From assembly GCA_016177705.1 (NCBI GenBank), contig JACOUT010000005.1, positions 222,374 through 286,373 of the forward strand: 64,000 bases of DNA. The letters run 5' to 3'. This stretch comes from Deltaproteobacteria bacterium. GTDB taxonomy: Bacteria > Myxococcota > UBA727 > VGSZ01. Below are positions 58,349-64,000 of the stretch, in pieces. The first letter of the stretch is position 1, and each line of letters opens with the position of its first letter. Both the position numbers and the translations under genes were made by a program. The notes under the pieces are model-generated. The model saw nothing but the letters and a program-made list of their open reading frames with translations. It searched no databases and was not told the origin of the DNA.

Positions 58349-60559
58349 ATGGAAAAAACGAACGTTTCTTTTTCCGTGATCCCGCTCCTGACCGTGGCGC
58401 TCGCCATCGCCTGCGCCCCGCCGGTGGCCACCGCCTCCTTTCCTGCGCCCGACGCCGAGCCCACCTGGGGCCAGGCGCCCTTCCCCTCGGACCTGTTCGT
58501 GCAGGACGGCCGCATCGGGCCCATCGCCGGCATCGAGCAGCTCGCGCCCGCCGCGGTCGACGCGCTCGGCGCGCAGCTCGCCGCCCTCGACGGCTTCGGC
58601 TTGCGTCCGGTGATCGAGCTGCCGATCGTCGGCCCGGTCGACAGCGCCACCATCCCGGCCAGCAGCCGGGACGCCGCGGCACCGCTGTTCGTGCTCGACG
58701 TCGACGAGCGTTCGCCTGCCTTCGGCAGCGTGGTGCCCTACGACTGGCGCTGGGACGTCGAGGGCGCGCGCATCAGGGGCGCCATCGGGCGTGGCGGCGT
58801 GCTGCGCGAGCGCACCCGCTACGCCGCGGTGCTGACTGAAGGCGTGCGCGGCGTGGGCGGGCGGCTGGGACCGGCGCCCGGCTTCATCGCGCTGAGGGAC
58901 GCCGCCCTCGAGGCGCTGCCGGTTCGCTTCCAGAGCACGCGCGCCGCGCTCGACGCCGTGGTGCGCCTGACCGGGCGCACTGACGTCGTCGCGCTCGCCA
59001 CCTTCGTCACGCAGGACGCGCGCGGCCCGGTCATGGCAGCGCGCACGGCCCTCGACGCGCTGCCGGCGCCGACCATCACCTTCCCGAACCCCGCGGTGAT
59101 CTTCGCGGGCGCCGATCGCCTGACGGCGCTGCTCGGCACCGCGCCGAGAGACGAGCAGGGGCGTTCGCGCCTCGGCTGGGGTCAGCCCGAAGGCATGGCG
59201 CACGACGGCGTCGCCGCGCTCGGCACCGGCGTGCTCACTGGCGTCACCTTCCGGCGCCCGGAGCGTGACGGCGACACCGGCAACCTGCCGGACGCGGGCA
59301 CCTGGCTGCTCGACGCCGACGGCGCGCCGGCGCTGCAGGGGTCGGCCTCATTCCCCATCAGCGTCGCGCTGCCGTCGGGCGTCATGCCGGCCGCGGGGTG
59401 GCCGGTCGCCATCTTCGGCCATGGCCTGGGCGCCGGGCGAAACCAGATGCTCGCCTTCATCGAGACCTTCGCGCGCGCCGGTTACGCCACCGTCGCCATC
59501 GACGGCGACGGCTTCGGCAGCCGCTTCATCGACAAGGACGAGCGCAACGACGTGGCGCGCCAGCTCGGCGACGGCTACGGCGGCAGCCACGTCGGGCCGG
59601 ACGGCTTCGGCGACGTCGAGGGTCCGGTGACGTCGTACGGGCTGTTCCACGACTTCGTCAACATCGCGGCCATGCGCGATCAGATGCGTCAGAGCGTCAT
59701 CGACCTGTCGCAGGTGGTGCGCGCGCTACAAGACCCCGCGCTCGACCTCTCGGCGCTGGTGTCGGGCGCGCGCGTCGACGGCGCGCGCATCGTCTATCTG
59801 GGCGAGAGCTACGGCGGCGTGCTCGGCGCCACCTTCGCCGCGGTCGAGCCGAACGTGACGCTCTTCGTGCTCGACGTGCCGGGCGGCGGCATCCTCGACT
59901 ACGCCGCGGCCAACGCGCCCAAGCTGCGCCCCTTCCTCGAGCTGTTCCTGCCCTCGGCCTACGGCTCGGTGGAGCCGCTCGACCGCTTCAGCACGCTGTT
60001 GTCGCTCGGCAGCGCCATGCTCGACGGCGCCGACCCGATTTCGTTCGCGCCCCACGTGCTCAAGGAGCGCGCCAGCGTGGCCGGCGCCGAGCTGCCGCCG
60101 CGCCACGTGCTGATCCTCGAGGCCATCAACGACGAGATCATGGCCAACGGCGCCACCAACGCGCTCGCGCTCGCCATGGGCATGCCGATCCTCGGGCCCT
60201 CCTACGACGGCGATGCGCGCTTCAGCTCCGTCGACGGCACGGCGCAAGGCAACCTCGACGGGCAGACCGCGGTGATGATCCAGCAGTCGCCCGCCTGCCA
60301 CGGCACCAACTGGACGCGCGAACAGGGCGAGCGCGAGTGGGGCTTGTACGGCGAGGACGATATCGAGCACCTGGCGCTCGAGACGCCGGTGTTCATCAAC
60401 AACCCGATCCGCCAGACGCACGAGCTGCTGGTGGGCGTGCTGCGCGATCACGCCGAGGGGCGCGTGCCGTCCGTGAGCCACCCCGCGCCGCCGCGGCAGG
60501 ACTTCGACGACGACGGCGTGACCGACAGCGAGGATTCAAGTCCGTGGGGCCAGCCGTAG
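58349..60559 (+). CDS. secreted alpha/beta-hydrolase fold lipoprotein (putative lipase/esterase)
   Basis: Signal/lipobox LLTVALAIAC. Nucleophile elbow YLGESYGG. A TTGACA -35-like hexamer at 58312. The upstream in-frame (PV)n stretch is probably not translated. Confidence 0.65.
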   Translation: MEKTNVSFSVIPLLTVALAIACAPPVATASFPAPDAEPTWGQAPFPSDLFVQDGRIGPIAGIEQLAPAAVDALGAQLAALDGFGLRPVIELPIVGPVDSATIPASSRDAAAPLFVLDVDERSPAFGSVVPYDWRWDVEGARIRGAIGRGGVLRERTRYAAVLTEGVRGVGGRLGPAPGFIALRDAALEALPVRFQSTRAALDAVVRLTGRTDVVALATFVTQDARGPVMAARTALDALPAPTITFPNPAVIFAGADRLTALLGTAPRDEQGRSRLGWGQPEGMAHDGVAALGTGVLTGVTFRRPERDGDTGNLPDAGTWLLDADGAPALQGSASFPISVALPSGVMPAAGWPVAIFGHGLGAGRNQMLAFIETFARAGYATVAIDGDGFGSRFIDKDERNDVARQLGDGYGGSHVGPDGFGDVEGPVTSYGLFHDFVNIAAMRDQMRQSVIDLSQVVRALQDPALDLSALVSGARVDGARIVYLGESYGGVLGATFAAVEPNVTLFVLDVPGGGILDYAAANAPKLRPFLELFLPSAYGSVEPLDRFSTLLSLGSAMLDGADPISFAPHVLKERASVAGAELPPRHVLILEAINDEIMANGATNALALAMGMPILGPSYDGDARFSSVDGTAQGNLDGQTAVMIQQSPACHGTNWTREQGEREWGLYGEDDIEHLALETPVFINNPIRQTHELLVGVLRDHAEGRVPSVSHPAPPRQDFDDDGVTDSEDSSPWGQP

Positions 60560-60622
60560 CTGCCCGGCCTTCAACGGGCCGCGAGCCGTCGAGCGGTTCG
60601 CGGGCCCGCCGGGCGGCAGGGC

Positions 60623-60985
60623 TCAGCGTGTCACCGCGAACCAGCGCCCCTCCGGATCCGAGAACGCGAAGTTCCGCATGCCGAAGTGCTCGCCCACTTC
60701 GCTCGCCGCCACGCCGCGCTCCACCAGCCGCGCCCGTGTGGCATCGAGGTCGTCGACATGAAAGCACAGGGACGGCGTGCCCAGGTTGAGCCCGTCCGGG
60801 TTGTTCTTCATCATCTCGAGCGGCACAAGCTCGAACGCGAAGTCCTGGTCAGCGAAGCCGACCTGCGCGATCGAGAACGCCCCGGCCTTGGTGCGCTTCT
60901 TCTCGATCATGCCGACCTGCTCGATCCAGAAGCGGCGACAGGCCTCCGCGTCCATCACGTAGAGCACGACATAGCCGACCTTCAT
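60623..60985 (-). CDS. VOC (glyoxalase/bleomycin-resistance) family protein
   Basis: GGAGG sits 5 nt upstream of the ATG. betaalphabetabetabeta-type motif MKVGYVVLYVMD...GTPSLCFHVDDLDA. Confidence 0.65.
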   Translation of the reverse strand: MKVGYVVLYVMDAEACRRFWIEQVGMIEKKRTKAGAFSIAQVGFADQDFAFELVPLEMMKNNPDGLNLGTPSLCFHVDDLDATRARLVERGVAASEVGEHFGMRNFAFSDPEGRWFAVTR

Positions 60986-61088
60986 GGAGCCTCCTCGAGG
61001 TGCGCCGGCACCATACCAATCCGCCGGAGAGGTCGAAGCTCGAGCGCCACGCGCGAGGTCGGTGGCGCGTGTCGCAATCGCGCCAAGC

Positions 61089-61748
61089 TCAGGAGCACGT
61101 GAGCGCCACGGCCACCTCGCGGGCGCCACGCACCCCCGCCTCCACGAAGCGCGGGTTGATGGTCGTCTCGCGCGACACGATCTCCTGCACCCGAAAGTGG
61201 CGCTGGTAGAGCCGCTGCACCTCGGCGAGCGGCACGCTCCATGGTGGACCCTCGAGCTTGCTCTGGTCGTAGTCGAAGGTGATCAGCAAGCCGCCGGCGC
61301 CCGGCTCGAGCAGCGAAGCACAGGTCTCGACGTAGCGAGCGCGCGTGGCAGGCGACAACGCCACCAGCGCGGCGCGATCGTAGAGCCCGCCGAACGTCCC
61401 GCAGCGTGCGGGGGTCAACGCCAGGAAGTCGGCACACCACAGCTCAACCGGGGTGGCAGCGTCCGTGCTTCGAAACGCTCGGATGTCGTCGCGCTCCTCC
61501 TCCTCCATCGGTGTCCCGTGCTCGGCGAAGAACTCCCGACAGGCGCGCTCGACGATCTCCACGCCCACCACGGCGTGGCCGCGGCGCGCGAGCCACAGCA
61601 GGTCGTGGGCCTTCCCTGCCAGGGGCACGAGCACCCGCGCGGCGGGGGCCAGGAGATCCGCGTGCTGCTGCAAGAGCGCGTTGGGCTTTCCCTCGTGAAA
61701 GCCGATGTGCCCCGTGTCCCAACGCTCCTGCCAGAACGATCGCTCCAT
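61089..61748 (-). CDS. thiopurine S-methyltransferase (TPMT) family protein
   Basis: N-terminal FWQERWDTGHIGFHEG, VLVPLAGKAHDLLWLARRGHAVVGVE and FDYD-type C-terminal block. Confidence 0.7.
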   Translation of the reverse strand: MERSFWQERWDTGHIGFHEGKPNALLQQHADLLAPAARVLVPLAGKAHDLLWLARRGHAVVGVEIVERACREFFAEHGTPMEEEERDDIRAFRSTDAATPVELWCADFLALTPARCGTFGGLYDRAALVALSPATRARYVETCASLLEPGAGGLLITFDYDQSKLEGPPWSVPLAEVQRLYQRHFRVQEIVSRETTINPRFVEAGVRGAREVAVALTCS

Positions 61749-62247
61749 CAGGCGTCCACCTCAGCGGCAGCCTAGCCCGCGCCTCTGCCCGGCGCAGGCA
61801 GCTCGGTGTCGCTGGCTAGACGGTGGTCCGTCGGGCGGCGGAGCGGGGAACGGGGGCCGTCGCCGCGGCGCTGGTCCTCGGCCCCATCGGCGTCGTGATT
61901 GCTCGCGCGGCCGCCGCCAGCCGTTTGCGGTCGTGTCTTTCGGCGGCGGGCGTCTCGCGCAAGTCGTCTACGTGCCTTTCGGTGGCCGGCTCGCGGTTGG
62001 CGTCGTCACGCGGGGCGGTGGCGATGCAAGCGTGCTGCGGGCCTGCGGGCGCGCCGCGTCGACGACCCCCGCTCCCCGCTCCTCGCGGCACCACGAGGCG
62101 GTCGGACGGACATAGGCGCGACGCTCGTTCAGGACGCGAATTCTCCCGCACGAAGACGAGCGTCGTGGGGACAGCCCCTAGGCGAGCCTGCACGCGGCCA
62201 GGTGGTGAGCGTGCGGCGACCGCAGTAGCCTTCCACGTCCGCTGGCC

Positions 62248-63327
62248 GTGCCATGCGCGCTGGCGGCAGGGGGGGCGATGCTGTTGCTCGCGCTTGCGCT
62301 GGCCGCGCAGCCGATGGGTCAGCCGGGATCGATCGACGGCGGCCACGTCGTCATTGGGCCGACCCGCGCGTTCGCGGACCAAGAGCGCGCCGCGCTCGCC
62401 TGTGTCGCCACGAACGGCGTGTGGCGCTGTGACCCGGAGCTGCTGCGCGCCTTCAACGCCGAGGACACGACCACCATCGATGCGCCCGCGGGTGTGTCGG
62501 TGTCCGTGAAGCTCGTGGTTGGTCCGCGCCAGAACACGGGTGCGTCGGCAGGCAGTTCGCAGAGGTGCGTAACGGCGGTTCATGTTGACGTGACGGCCAC
62601 GCCCGAGCCGGTGGTCGTCGACTGGGGAGGCGCCACGCTCACGGTCGACGGGGAGAACGTGAGTGTCGCCGGCGATGCGCCGCTCGGGGGGCTCACGGCG
62701 GATCTCGAGCCGGCAGCGCACGGATGCCTAGCTGCCGACGACGCGCGGACACGGAAGCTCACGCTCGAGGTGCCGCTGCGCGTCGGCGACGCCACCGGCC
62801 GCCTCCGCGTCGACGCGACCCGACGCGTGCTCTCCGTCGACGAGAAGACCGCGCTCGCGCTCGTCAACGCTCCACAGGAAATGCCGCCACCCGACCACAA
62901 GCAGCCGCCCTTTCCAACCGAAAGCGCGGCCATCGGTGCAGGCATCGGCGCTGCCATCGGTGCGCTCGCGCTCGGCGGCCTCGTGTTCGCGGCGTCCTTG
63001 CGGGTCTACAACACCAGTGTCAGCAACGGCGACTACCTCATTCCGGTCGTGAACGGCGGCATCGGGTTGGTGCCTGGCTGCTGTGCGGGCTTCACCGCAG
63101 GAGGGTTCGTGGGGTTGGCCGTGGGATTGGCCAAGGACGATGCGGCGCACGGCGACACGTCGACGCACAAGCCGCCGAGGGAGGCGAGCGCAGGCGGCTA
63201 CGCCGCCGTAGCGAGCAGCAAGCCGCCAGCTACGACGGCGCGCGCGCCTGAGAAACGAACGAACCACAGCAGAAGGGCGTCAGCGGATCCTGGCCCAACG
63301 GAACGAACCGTAGTGCCGCCAAGCTGA
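62248..63327 (+). CDS. hypothetical exported/membrane protein
   Basis: High GC3. Signal peptide-like N-terminus and a Gly-rich TM segment (AAIGAGIGAAIGALALGGLVFAA). Start approximate. Confidence 0.5.
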   Translation: MPCALAAGGAMLLLALALAAQPMGQPGSIDGGHVVIGPTRAFADQERAALACVATNGVWRCDPELLRAFNAEDTTTIDAPAGVSVSVKLVVGPRQNTGASAGSSQRCVTAVHVDVTATPEPVVVDWGGATLTVDGENVSVAGDAPLGGLTADLEPAAHGCLAADDARTRKLTLEVPLRVGDATGRLRVDATRRVLSVDEKTALALVNAPQEMPPPDHKQPPFPTESAAIGAGIGAAIGALALGGLVFAASLRVYNTSVSNGDYLIPVVNGGIGLVPGCCAGFTAGGFVGLAVGLAKDDAAHGDTSTHKPPREASAGGYAAVASSKPPATTARAPEKRTNHSRRASADPGPTERTVVPPS

Positions 63328-63344
63328 AGGCCAGGTCCGCTGGC

Positions 63345-63380
63345 GCAGGTCAAAGACGGGACCTCGTTGTCCCGTCTTTG
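63345..63380. terminator. perfect 11-bp-stem hairpin (CAAAGACGGGA-cctcgttg-TCCCGTCTTTG), putative bidirectional terminator
   Basis: Lies between the convergent 3' ends of CDS 62248-63327 and the tRNA-Ser. No U-tract. Confidence 0.5.
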
Positions 63381-63389
63381 ACACAACAC

Positions 63390-63476
63390 AGGAGCGGGAG
63401 GGATTCGAACCCTCGATACCCTTGCGAGTACGCCAGATTTCAAGTCTGGTGCCTTCAACCACTCGGCCACCGCTCC
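63390..63476 (-). tRNA. tRNA-Ser (anticodon UGA)
   Basis: Manual fold: 7-bp acceptor GGAGCGG/CCGCUCC, 3-bp D-stem, anticodon stem CCAGA/UCUGG with loop CUUGAAA, long variable arm, T-arm GAGGG-UUCGAAU-CCCUC. CCA is not encoded. Confidence 0.85.
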
Positions 63477-63522
63477 GTCGTCAGTTGTAGCAGAACGCGC
63501 ATCGGCTAGCGTCCCGTTCGTC

Positions 63523-64000
<478 letters not shown>

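Overview
High-GC (~70%) bacterial chromosomal window with very high third-codon-position GC, almost certainly myxobacterial (Myxococcota); the taxon is my inference from GC content and gene content (calpain-like protease, Kelch protein, PMT-family glycosyltransferase, Cys-rich secreted proteins). About 56 protein-coding genes are supported by homology motifs and/or codon bias, plus one tRNA-Ser(UGA), one malic-enzyme pseudogene remnant, and several repeat classes. Recognisable housekeeping genes include prs, rplY (L25/Ctc), pth, pepD, tamB, a ybeD-family gene, pyrD, coaBC, an rsmB-like methyltransferase, an aldehyde dehydrogenase and a partial M19 dipeptidase. Accessory content includes: an NtrC-like sigma-54 activator next to a SulP/STAS transporter; an HD-GYP protein co-operonic with a large HEAT-like protein; a PMT-family glycosyltransferase; a calpain-like cysteine protease adjacent to a Gly-rich lipoprotein; an AmmeMemoRadiSam locus with an apparently fused LigB/Memo-like plus AMMECR1 protein and its radical-SAM partner; a lipoprotein-ECF sigma-anti-sigma operon; and three Cys-rich secreted proteins carrying long in-frame (Gly-Glu)n linkers encoded by (GGCGAG)n-like repeats. 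Non-coding features include a three-copy intergenic repeat family (conserved hairpin plus core GCACAGCCCGACGC), a (CCCGTG)~9 intergenic hexamer array, an 18-bp x5 coding tandem repeat, and a candidate sigma-54 promoter. No CRISPR arrays, rRNA genes, transposases/IS elements or obvious phage or defence-island hallmarks were seen. The long antisense ORFs in the six-frame track are largely high-GC artefacts.
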